This document shows, piece after piece, positions 12,476-24,000 of a stretch of DNA of 64,000 nucleotides. The stretch spans positions 261,268,001-261,332,000 of the forward strand of contig OZ024741.1 in NCBI GenBank assembly GCA_964016885.1. The letters are read 5' to 3'. Position numbers and translations under genes: made by a program. Source of the DNA: Eledone cirrhosa (lineage: Eukaryota). The notes beneath the pieces are model-generated. The model was given only the letters and a program-made list of their open reading frames with translations. It did no database searches and had not been told where the DNA came from. How positions within the stretch are numbered: the first letter of the stretch is position 1; the number at the start of each line of letters is the position of its first letter.

Positions 12476-15400
12476 GTTTCGCTTTACGAGTGTTTCGGCG
12501 TACGAGTGTTTCGACTTACGAGTGTTTTAACTTACGGTTGTTTCGACTTACGCGTTTTTCGACTACGAATGTTCCGACTTACGAGTGTTTCGACTTACGA
12601 GTGTTTCGACTTACGAGTGCTTTGACTTACGAATGTTTTGACTTACTTCGACTTACGAGTGATCTGACTTACGAGTGTTCCTACTTACGAGTGTTTCGAC
12701 TTACGAGTGTTTCGACTTGCGAGTGTTTCGACTTACGAGTGTTTCTGCTTACGAGTGTTTCGGTGTTTCGGCTTACGTGTGTTTCGACTTACGAGTGTTT
12801 CGACTTACGAGTGTTTCGGCTTATGAGTGTTTCGACTTACGAGTGCTTCGGCTTACGAGTGTTTCGACTTACGAGTATTTCGGCTTACGAGTGTTTCGAC
12901 GTACGAATGTTTTGGCTTACGAGTGTTTCGGCTTATGAGTATTTCGGCTTACGAGTGTTTCGACTTACGAGTGTTTCGGCTTACGAGTGTTTCAGTGTTT
13001 CGGCTTACGTGTGTTTCGACTTACGAGTGTTTCGACTTACGACTGTTTCGGCTTACGAGTGTTTCGGCTTACGAGTGTTTCGGCTTACGAGTGTTTTGAC
13101 TTACGAGTGTTTTGACTTACGATTGTTTGGCTTACGAGTGTTCTGACTTACGGGTGTTCTGACTTACGAGTGTTCCGACTTACGAGTGTTTCGGCTTATG
13201 AGGGTTTCGACTTACGAGTGCTTCGGCTTACGAGTGTTTCGACTTACGAGTGTTTCGGCTTACGAGTGTTTCGACTTACGAGTGTTTCGACTTACGAGTG
13301 TTTTGACTTACGGTGTTTCGGCTTACGAGTATTTCGACATACGAGTGTTTTGACGTACGGGTGTTTCGACTTACGGGTCTTTCGACTTAAGAGTGTTTCG
13401 ACATACGAGCGATTCGACTTACGAGTGTTTCGACTTACGAGTGTTTCGGCGTATGAGTGTTTTGACTTACGAGTGTTTCGACTTACGAGTGTTTCGACTT
13501 ACGAGTGTTTTGACTTACGGTGTTTCTGCTTACGAGTGTTTCGACTTACGAGTGTTATGACTTACGGGTGTTTTGACATACGAGTGTTTCGACTTACGAG
13601 TGTTCTGACTTACGGGTGTTTTGACATACGAGTGTTTCGATACGAGTGTTCTGACTTACGAGTGTTCTGACTTACGAGTGTTCTGACTTAGAGTGTTTCG
13701 ACATACGAGTGTTTTGACTTACGGGTGTTTCGACTTACGAGTGTTTTGACTTACGAATGTTTTGACTTACGGGTGTTTCGGCTTACGAGTGTTTCGACTT
13801 ACGAGTGTTTCGGCTTACGAGTGTTTCGACTTACTAATGTTTTTAAAACGAGTGTTTCGGCGTACGAGAGTTTTGACTTACGAGTGTTTCGACTTACGAG
13901 TGTTTCGACTTACGAGTATTTTGACTTACGAATGTTTTGACTTACGGGTGTTTCGGCTTACGAGTGTTTCGACTTACTAATGTTTTTACTTACGAGTGTT
14001 TCGGCGTACGAGTGTTTCGGCTTACGAGTGTTTCGACTTACGGTTGTTTTGACTTACGGGTGTTTCGGCTTACGAGTGTTTTGACTTACGAGTGTTTTGA
14101 CTTAAGGGTGTTTCGACTTACGAGTATTTTTGGCTTACGAGTGTTTCGACTTACGAGTGTTTTGACTTACGAGTGTTCTGATTTACGGATGTTTCGACAT
14201 ACGAGTGTTTCGACTTACGAGTGTTTCGACTTATGAGTGTTTCGACTTACGAGTGTTTCGACTTACGAGTGTTTCGGCTTATGATTGTTTCGACTTACGA
14301 GTGTTTTGACTTACGGTGTTTCAGCTTACGAGTGTTTCGACTTACGAGTGTTTTGACTTACGGGTGTTTTGACATACGAGTGTTTCGATACGAGTGTTCT
14401 GACTTACGAGTGTTCTGACTTACGAGTGTTTTGACTTACGAGTGTTCTGACTTACGAGTGTTCCGACTTACGAGTGTTCCGACTTACGAGTGTTTCGGCT
14501 TACGAGTGTTTCCGGCTTACGAGTGTTTCGACTTACGAGTGTTTTGACTTACGGTGTTTCGGCTTACGAGTGTTTTGACTTACGAGTGTTTTGACTTAAG
14601 GGTGTTTTGACATACGAGTGTTTCGATACGGGTGTTCTGACTTACGAGTGTTCTGACTTACGAGTGGTCTGACTTACGGGTGTTCTTACTTACGAGTGTT
14701 CCGACTTACGAGTGTTTCAGCTTATGAGTGTTTCGACTTACGAGTGCTTCGGTTTACGAGTGTTTCGACTTACGAGTGTTTCGGCATACGAGTGTTTCGA
14801 CTTACGAATGTTTTGGCTTACGAGTGTTCTGACTTACGAGTGTTCCGACTTACGACTGTTTCGACTTACGAGTGTTTCGACTTACGAGTATTCTGACTTA
14901 CGAGTGTTTCGACTTACGAGTGTTTTGAATTACGATTGTTTTGGCTTACGAGTGTTTCGACTTACGAGTATTTCGACTTACGAGTTTTTTTACTTACGGT
15001 GTTTCGGCTTACGAGTGTTTCGACTTACGAGTGTTTTGACTTACGGGTGTTTTGACATACGAGTGTTTCGATAAGAGTGCTCTGACTTACGAGTGTTCTG
15101 ACTTACGAGTGTTCTGACTTACGAGTGTTCTGACTTACGGGTGTTCTGACTTACGTGTTCCGACTTACGAGTGTTTCGGTTATGGGTGTTTCGACTTACG
15201 AGTGTTTCGACTTACGAATGTTTTGGCTTATGAGTGTTTCGGCTTACGGGTGTTTCGACTTACGAGTGTTTCGACTTACGAGTGTTTTGACTTACGGTGT
15301 TTCGGCTTACGATTTTATCGACATACGAGTGTTTCGACTTACGGGTGTTTCGACTTACGGGTGTTTCGACTTACGAGTGTTTCGACTTATGAGTGTTTCG

Positions 15401-17746
15401 ACTTACGAGTGTTCTGACTTACGAGTGTTCTGACTTACGAGTGTTCCGACTTACGAGTGTTTCGGTTTACGAGTGTTTCGACATACTAGTGTTTTGACTT
15501 ACGGGTGTTTCGACTTACGGGTGTTTCGACTTACGAGTGTTTCGGCTTACGAGTGTTTCGACTTACTAATGTTTTTACTTACGAGTGTTTCGGTGTACGA
15601 GTGTTTCGACTTAAGGATGTTTCGACTTGCGAGTGTTTCGACTTACGTGTGTTTCGGCTTACGTGAGTTTCGACTTAAGAGTGTTCTGATTTACGAGTGT
15701 TCTGACTTGCGGGTGTTCTGATTTACGAGTGTTCCGACTTACGAGTGTTTCGGCTTATGAGTGTTTCGACTTACGAGTGTTTCGGCTTACGAGTGTTTCG
15801 ACTTATGGGTGTTTCGACTTACGAGTGTTTTTACTTACGGTGTTTCGGCTTACGAGTGTTTCGACATACGAGTGTTCAGACTTACGAGTGTTCCGACTTA
15901 CGAGCGTTCCGACTTACAAGTGTTTCGATTACGAGTGTTAAGACTTACGGGTGTTTTGACATACGAGTGTTTCGATACGTGTGTTTCGACTTACGAGTGT
16001 TACGAGTGTTCTGACTTACGAGTGTTCTGACTTACGAGTGTTCTGACTTACGAGTGTTCTGACTTACGAGTGTTCTGACTTACGAGTGTTCTGACTTACG
16101 AGCGTTCTGACTTACGAGTGTTCCGACTTACGAGTGTTTCGGCTTACGAGTGTTTTGACTTACGAGTGTTCTGACTTACGAGTGTTCCGACTTACGAGCG
16201 TTCCGACTTACGAGTGTTTCGGCTTACAAGTGTTCCGACTTACGAGTGTTTCGACTTACGAGTGTTTTGACTTACGGTGTTTCTGCTTACGAGTGTTTCG
16301 ACTTACGAGTGTTAAGACTTACGGGTGTTTTGACATACGAGTGTTTCGATACGAGTGTTTCGACTTACGAGTGTTACGAGTGTTCTGACTTACGAGTGTT
16401 TCGACTTACGATTGTTTTTTCACTTACGGGTGTTTCGACTTACGCGTGTTTCGACTTAAGGATGTTTCGACTTGCGAGTGTTTCGACTTACGTGTGTTTC
16501 GGCTTACGTGAGTTTCGACTTAAGAGTGTTCTGATTTACGAGTGTTCTGACTTGCGGGTGTTCTGATTTACGAGTGTTCCGACTTACGAGTGTTTCGACT
16601 TACGAGTGTTTCGACTTACGGGTGTTCCGACTTACGAGTGTTTCGGCTTACGATTGTTTCGACTTACGAGTGTTTCGGTTTACGAGTGTTTCGACTTACG
16701 GGTGTTTTGACTTACGATTGTTTGGGCTTACGAATGTTTCGACTTACGAGTGTTTCGACTTTCGAGTGTTTTGACTTACGGTGTTTCGGCTTACGAGTGT
16801 TTTGACTTACGAGTGTTTTGACTTACGGGTGTTTTGACATACGAGTGTTTCGATACGAGTGTTCTGACTTACGAGTGTTCTGAGTTACGAGTGTTCTGAC
16901 TTACGAGTGTTCTGACTTACGAGTGGTCTGACTTACGGGTGTTCTGACTTACGAGTGTTCCGACTTACGAGTGTTTCAGCTTATGAGTGTTTCGACTTAC
17001 GAGTGCTTCGGTTTACGAGTGTTTCGACTTACGAGTGTTTCGGCTTACGAGTGTTTCGACTTACGAATGTTTTGGCTTACGAGTGTTTCGGCTTACGAGT
17101 GTTTCGGCTTATGAGTGTTTCGACTTACGAGTGTTTTGACTTATGGTGTTTCGGCTTACGAGTGTTTCGACATACGAGTGTTTTGACTTACGGGGGTTTC
17201 GACTTACGGGTGTTTCGATGTAAGAGTGTTTCGACTTACGTCGCTTCGACTTACGAGTGTTTCGACTTACGAGTGTTTCGGCGTACGAGTGTTTTAACTT
17301 ACGAGTGTTTCGACTTACGAGGGCTTTGACTTACGAATGTTTTGAATTACTTCGACTTACGAGTGATCTGACTTACGAGTGTTCCTACTTACGAGTGTTT
17401 CGACTTACGAGTGTTTCGACTTGCGAGTGTTTCGACTTACGAGTGTTTCGACTTACGAGTGTTCTGACTTACGAGTGTTCTGACTTACGAGTGTTCTGAC
17501 TTAGGAGTGTTCCGACTTACGAATGTTTCGACTTACGAGTGTTTTGACTTACGAATGTTCTGACTTACGGGTGTTTCGCCTTACGAGTGTTTCGACTTAC
17601 GAGTGTTTTAACTTACGGGTGTTTCGACTTACGCGTGTTTCGACTTACGCGTGTTTCGACTTACGAGTGTTTCGACTTACGAATGTTCCGACTTACGAGT
17701 GTTTCGACTTACGAGTGTTTCGGCTTACGAGTGTTTCGACTTACGA

Positions 17747-17815
17747 AAATAACAAGTAGACGCGGTTTCAAATATCTATGCTTTTCAAATTCATTACATT
17801 AATCTTTATTTATAC
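17747..17815. repeat. 69-bp AT-rich segment, allele A, copy 7
   Basis: Identical; copy 4 +6404. Confidence 0.95.
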
Positions 17816-18382
17816 GTTTCGCTTTACGAGTGTTTCGGCGTACGAGTGTTTCGACTTACGAGTGTTTTAACTTACGGTTGTTTCGACTTACGCGTTTTTC
17901 GACTACGAATGTTCCGACTTACGAGTGTTTCGACTTACGAGTGTTTCGACTTACGAGTGCTTTGACTTACGAATGTTTTGACTTACTTCGACTTACGAGT
18001 GATCTGACTTACGAGTGTTCCTATTTACGAGTGTTTCGACTTACGAGTGTTTCGACTTGCGAGTGTTTCGACTTACGAGTGTTTCGACTTACGAGTGTTC
18101 TGACTTACGAGTGTTCTGACTTACGAGTGTTCTGACTTACGAGTGTTCCGACTTACGAATGTTTCGACTTACGAGTGTTTTGACTTACGAATGTTCTGAC
18201 TTACGGGTGTTTCGCCTTACGAGTGTTTCGACTTACGAGTGTTTTAACTTACGGGTGTTTCGACTTACGCGTGTTTCGACTTACGAGTGTTTCGACTTAC
18301 GAGTGTTTCGACTTACGAATGTTCCGACTTACGAGTGTTTCGACTTACGAGTGTTTCGGCTTACGAGTGTTTCGACTTACGA

Positions 18383-18451
18383 AAATAACAAGTAGACGCG
18401 GTTTCAAATATCTATGCTTTTCAAATTCATTACATTAATCTTTATTTATAC
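18383..18451. repeat. 69-bp AT-rich segment, allele A, copy 8
   Basis: Identical; copy 5 +6404. Confidence 0.95.
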
Positions 18452-18810
18452 GTTTCGCTTTACGAGTGTTTCGGCGTACGAGTGTTTCGACTTACGAGTG
18501 TTTTAACTTACGGTTGTTTCGACTTACGCGTTTTTCGACTACGAATGTTCCGACTTACGAGTGTTTCGACTTACGAGTGTTTCGACTTACGAGTGCTTTG
18601 ACTTACGAATGTTTTGACTTACTTCGACTTACGAGTGATCTGACTTACGAGTGTTCCTACTTACGAGTGTTTCGACTTACGAGTGTTTCGACTTGTGAGT
18701 GTTTCGACTTACGAGTGTTTCGACTTACGAGTGTTTCGACTTACGAATGTTCCGACTTACGAGTGTTTCGACTTACGAGTGTTTCGGCTTACGAGTGTTT
18801 CGACTTACGA

Positions 18811-18879
18811 AAATAACAAGTAGACGCGGTTTCAAATATCTATGCTTTTCAAATTCATTACATTAATCTTTATTTATAC
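18811..18879. repeat. 69-bp AT-rich segment, allele A, copy 9
   Basis: Identical; copy 6 +6404. Confidence 0.95.
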
Positions 18880-19244
18880 GTTTCGCTTTACGAGTGTTTC
18901 GGCGTACGAGTGTTTCGACTTACGAGTGTTTTAACTTACGGTTGTTTCGACTTACGCGTTTTTCGACTACGAATGTTCCGACTTACGAGTGTTTCGACTT
19001 ACGAGTGTTTCGACTTACGAGTGCTTTGACTTACGAATGTTTTGACTTACTTCGACTTACGAGTGATCTGACTTACGAGTGTTCCTACTTACGAGTGTTT
19101 CGACTTACGAGTGTTTCGACTTGCGAGTGTTTCGACTTACGAGTGTTTCTGCTTACGAGTGTTTCGGTGTTTCGGCTTACGTGTGTTTCGACTTACGAGT
19201 GTTTCGACTTACGAGTGTTTCGGCTTATGAGTGTTTCGACTTAC

Positions 19245-20976
19245 GAGTGCTTCGGCTTACGAGTGTTTCGACTTACGAGTATTTCGGCTTACGAGTGTTT
19301 CGACGTACGAATGTTTTGGCTTACGAGTGTTTCGGCTTATGAGTATTTCGGCTTACGAGTGTTTCGACTTACGAGTGTTTCGGCTTACGAGTGTTTCAGT
19401 GTTTCGGCTTACGTGTGTTTCGACTTACGAGTGTTTCGACTTACGACTGTTTCGGCTTACGAGTGTTTCGGCTTACGAGTGTTTCGGCTTACGAGTGTTT
19501 TGACTTACGAGTGTTTTGACTTACGATTGTTTGGCTTACGAGTGTTCTGACTTACGGGTGTTCTGACTTACGAGTGTTCCGACTTACGAGTGTTTCGGCT
19601 TATGAGGGTTTCGACTTACGAGTGCTTCGGCTTACGAGTGTTTCGACTTACGAGTGTTTCGGCTTACGAGTGTTTCGACTTACGAGTGTTTCGACTTACG
19701 AGTGTTTTGACTTACGGTGTTTCGGCTTACGAGTATTTCGACATACGAGTGTTTTGACGTACGGGTGTTTCGACTTACGGGTCTTTCGACTTAAGAGTGT
19801 TTCGACTTACGAGCGATTCGACTTACGAGTGTTTCGACTTACGAGTGTTTCGGCGTATGAGTGTTTTGACGTACGAGTGTTTCGACTTACGAGTGTTTCG
19901 ACTTACGAGTGTTTTGACTTACGGTGTTTCTGCTTACGAGTGTTTCGACTTACGAGTGTTATGACTTACGGGTGTTTTGACATACGAGTGTTTCGACTTA
20001 CGAGTGTTCTGACTTACGGGTGTTTTGACATACGAGTGTTTCGATACGAGTGTTCTGACTTACGAGTGTTCTGACTTACGAGTGTTCTGACTTAGAGTGT
20101 TTCGACATACGAGTGTTTTGACTTACGGGTGTTTCGACTTACGAGTGTTTTGACTTACGAATGTTTTGACTTACGGGTGTTTCGGCTTACGAGTGTTTCG
20201 ACTTACGAGTGTTTCGGCTTACGAGTGTTTCGACTTACTAATGTTTTTAAAACGAGTGTTTCGGCGTACGAGAGTTTTGACTTACGAGTGTTTCGACTTA
20301 CGAGTGTTTCGACTTACGAGTATTTTGACTTACGAATGTTTTGACTTACGGGTGTTTCGGCTTACGAGTGTTTCGACTTACTAATGTTTTTACTTACGAG
20401 TGTTTCGGCGTACGAGTGTTTCGGCTTACGAGTGTTTCGACTTACGGGTGTTTTGACTTACGGGTGTTTCGGCTTACGAGTGTTTTGACTTACGAGTGTT
20501 TTGACTTAAGGGTGTTTCGACTTACGAGTATTTTTGGCTTACGAGTGTTTCGACTTACGAGTGTTTTGACTTACGAGTGTTCTGATTTACGGATGTTTCG
20601 ACATACGAGTGTTTCGACTTACGAGTGTTTCGACTTATGAGTGTTTCGACTTACGAGTGTTTCGACTTACGAGTGTTTCGGCTTATGATTGTTTCGACTT
20701 ACGAGTGTTTTGACTTACGGTGTTTCAGCTTACGAGTGTTTCGACTTACGAGTGTTTTGACTTACGGGTGTTTTGACATACGAGTGTTTCGATACGAGTG
20801 TTCTGACTTACGAGTGTTCTGACTTACGAGTGTTTTGACTTACGAGTGTTCTGACTTACGAGTGTTCCGACTTACGAGTGTTCCGACTTACGAGTGTTTC
20901 GGCTTACGAGTGTTTCCGGCTTACGAGTGTTTCGACTTACGAGTGTTTTGACTTACGGTGTTTCGGCTTACGAGTG
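19245..20976 (+). repeat. HOR copy 4, partial (matches 1-~1732, then diverges)
   Basis: GAGTGCTTCGGCTTAC at 19245. ORFs 19574, 20129 and 20625 match 330, 885 and 1381 at offset 19244. Colinearity is lost at ~20977. Confidence 0.93.
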
Positions 20977-21043
20977 ATTCAACTTACGAGTGTTTTTCAA
21001 CTTACGAGTGATTCAACTTACGAGTGTTTTTCAACTTACGAGT
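20976..21043 (+). repeat. 34-bp local duplication of private CAACTTACG monomer variants at the HOR boundary
   Basis: GATTCAACTTACGAGTGTTTTTCAACTTACGAGT x2; GATTC recurs at 20976, 21010 and 21044. Confidence 0.85.
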
Positions 21044-24000
21044 GATTCGACTTACGGGTGTTTTGACTTACGGGTGTTGTGAATTACGAGTGTTCCGATT
21101 TACGAGTGTTTTGACTTACGGTGTTTCGGCTTACGAGTGATTCGACTTACGAATGTTTTGACTTACGGGTGTTTCGGCTTGCGAGTGTTTCGACTTACGA
21201 GTGTTTCGGCTTATGAGTGTTTCGACTTACTAATGTTTTTACTTACGAGTGTTCTGACTTACGAGGGTTCCGACTTAAGAGTGTTCCGACTTACGAGTGT
21301 TTCGGCTTACGAGTGTTTCCGGCTTACGAGTGTTTCGACTTACGAGTGTTTCGACTTACGAGTGTTTTGACTTACGGTGTTTCGACTTACGAGTGATTCG
21401 ACTTACGAGTGTTTTGACTTACGGGTGTTTTGACTTACGGGTGTTGTGAATTACGAGTGTTCCGATTTACGAGTGTTTTGACTTACGGTGTTTCGGCTAA
21501 CGAGTGATTCGACTTACGAATGTTTTGACTTACGGGTGTTTCGGCTTACGAGTGTTTCGACTTACGAGTGTTTCGGCTTGCGAGTGTTTCGACTTACTAA
21601 TGTTTTTACTTACGAGTTTTTCGGCGTACGAGTGTTTCGACCTACGAGTGTTTCGACTTACGGGTGTTTTGACTTAAGGGTGTTTCGACTTACAAGTGTT
21701 TCGACTTACGAGTGTTTCGACTTACGAGTGTTCTGACTTACGAGTGTTCTGATTTACGGATGTTTCGACATACGAGTGTTTCGACTTACGAGTGTTTCGA
21801 CTTACGAGTGTTTTGACTTACGGGTGTTTTGACATACCAGTGTTTCGATACGAGTGTTTCGACTTACGAGTGTTCTGACTTACGAGTGTTCTGACTTACG
21901 AGTGTTCTGACTTACGAGTGTTCTGATTTACGAGTGTTCCGAGTTACGAGTGTTTCGGCTTACGAGTGTTTCGGCTTACGAGTGTTTCGACTTACGAGTG
22001 TTTCGACTTACGAGTGTTCCGACTTACGGGTGTTTCGACTTTCGAGTGTTTTGACTTACGGTGTTTCGGCTTACGAGTGTTTCGAGTTACGAGTGTTTTG
22101 AATTACGCGTGTTTTGACATACGAGTGTTTCGATACGAGTGTTCTGACTTACGAGTGTTCCGACTTTACGAGTGTTTCGGCTCACGAGTGTTTCGGCTTA
22201 CGAGTGTTTCGACTTACGAAAATAACAAATAGACGCGGTTTCAAATCTCTATGATTTTCAAATTCATTACATTAATCTTTATTTATACGTTTCGCTTTAC
22301 GAGTGTTTCGACTTACGAGTGTTTCGACATACGAGTGTTTCGACTTCCGAATGTTTTTGCTTACGGGTGTTTGGACTTACGAATGTTTCGGCTTACGAGT
22401 GTTTCGGCTTACGAGTGTTCCGACTAGGAGTGTTTCGGCTTACGAGTGTTTCCGGCTTACGAGTGTTTCGACTTACGAGTGTTTCGACTTTCGAGTGTTT
22501 TGACTTACGGTGTTTCGGCTTACGAGTGATTCGACTTACGAGTGTTTTGACTTACGGGTGTTTTGACTTACGGGTGTTGTGAATTACCAGTGTTCCGATT
22601 TACGAGTATTTTGACTTACGGTGTTTCGGCTTGCGAGTGTTTCGACTTACGAGTGTTTCGGCTTATGAGTGTTTCGACTTACTAATGTTTTTACTTACGA
22701 GTGTTTCGGCGTTCGAGTGTTTTGCCTTACGAGTGTTTCGACTTAAGAGTGTTTTGACTAACGAATGTTTTGACTTACGGGTGTTTCGGCTTATGAGTGT
22801 TTCGACTTACGAGTGTTTCGACTTATGAGTGTTTCGACTTACGAGTGTTCTGACTTACGAGTGTTCTGACTTACGAATGTTCCGACTTACGAGTGTTTCG
22901 GTTTACGAGTGTTTCGACATACGAGTGTTTTGACTTACGGGTGTTTCGACTTACGGGTGTTTCGAATTACGAGTGTTTCGGCTTACGAGTGTTTCGACTT
23001 ACTAATGTTTTTACTTACGAGTGTTTCGGTGTACGAGTGTTTTGACTTAAGGATGTTTCGACTTACGAGTGTTTCGACTTACGAGTGTTTCGGCTTACGT
23101 GAGTTTCGACTTAAGAGTGTTCTGATTTACGAGTGTTCTGACTTGCGGGTGTTCTGATTTACGAGTGTTCCGACTTACGAGTGTTTCGGCTTATGAGTGT
23201 TTCGACTTACGAGTGTTTCGGCTTACGAGTGTTTCTACTTATGGGTGTTTCGACTTACGAGTGTTTTTACTTACGGTGTTTCGGCTTACGAGTGTTTCGA
23301 CATACGAGTGTTTTGACTTACGGGTGTTTCGACTTACGAGTGTTTTGACTTACGAGTGTTTCGGCGTACGAGCGTTTTGACTTACGAGTGTTTCGACTTA
23401 CGAGTGTTTTGACTTACGAATGTTTTGACTTACGGGTGTTTCGGCTTATGAGTGTTTCGACTTACGAGTCTTTCGGCTTACGAGTGTTTCGACTTACTAA
23501 TGTTTTTACTTACGAGTGTTTCGGCGTACGAGTGTTTCGACTTACGAGTGTTTCGACTTACGGGTGTTTTGACTTACGGGTGTTTCGGCTTACGAGTGTT
23601 TCGACTTACGAGTGTTTTGACTTAAGGGTGTTTCGACTTACGAGTATTTTTGGCTTACGAGTGTTTCGACTTACGAGTGTTTTGACTTACGAGTGTTCTG
23701 ATTTACGGATGTTTCGACATACGAGTGTTTCGACTTACGAGTGTTTCGACTTATGAGTGTTTCGACTTACGAGTGTTTCGGCTTACGAGTGTTTCGACTT
23801 ACGAGTGTTTTGACTTACGGTGTTTCGGCTTACGAGTGTTTCGACTTACGAGTGTTTTGACTTACGGGTGTTTTGACATACGAGTGTTTCGATACGAGTG
23901 TTCTGACTTACGAGTGTTCAGACTTACGAGTGTTCTGACTTACGAGTGTTCCGACTTACGAGTGTTCCGACTTACGAGTGTTTCGGCTTACGAGTGTTTC

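Larger units (their letters stand above)
6421..12840 (+). repeat. 6,420-bp HOR, copy 2
   Basis: Line-for-line match to copy 1. The few differences I noticed are near 10129, 10727-10729, 10815 and 11245. Confidence 0.97.
12841..19244 (+). repeat. HOR copy 3 (6,404 bp, one monomer deleted)
   Basis: Offset changes from 6420 to 6404 after 14630 (ORFs 8292 vs 14696). AGTGTTCTGACTTACG is missing at 14630/14631. Confidence 0.95.

Noticed and set aside
1-20976. Pure sequencing artefact (concatemer or low-complexity noise)
   Set aside because: Variants recur faithfully across distant blocks and HOR copies carry shared and private differences, which fits real evolution. The exact copy number still needs read support.
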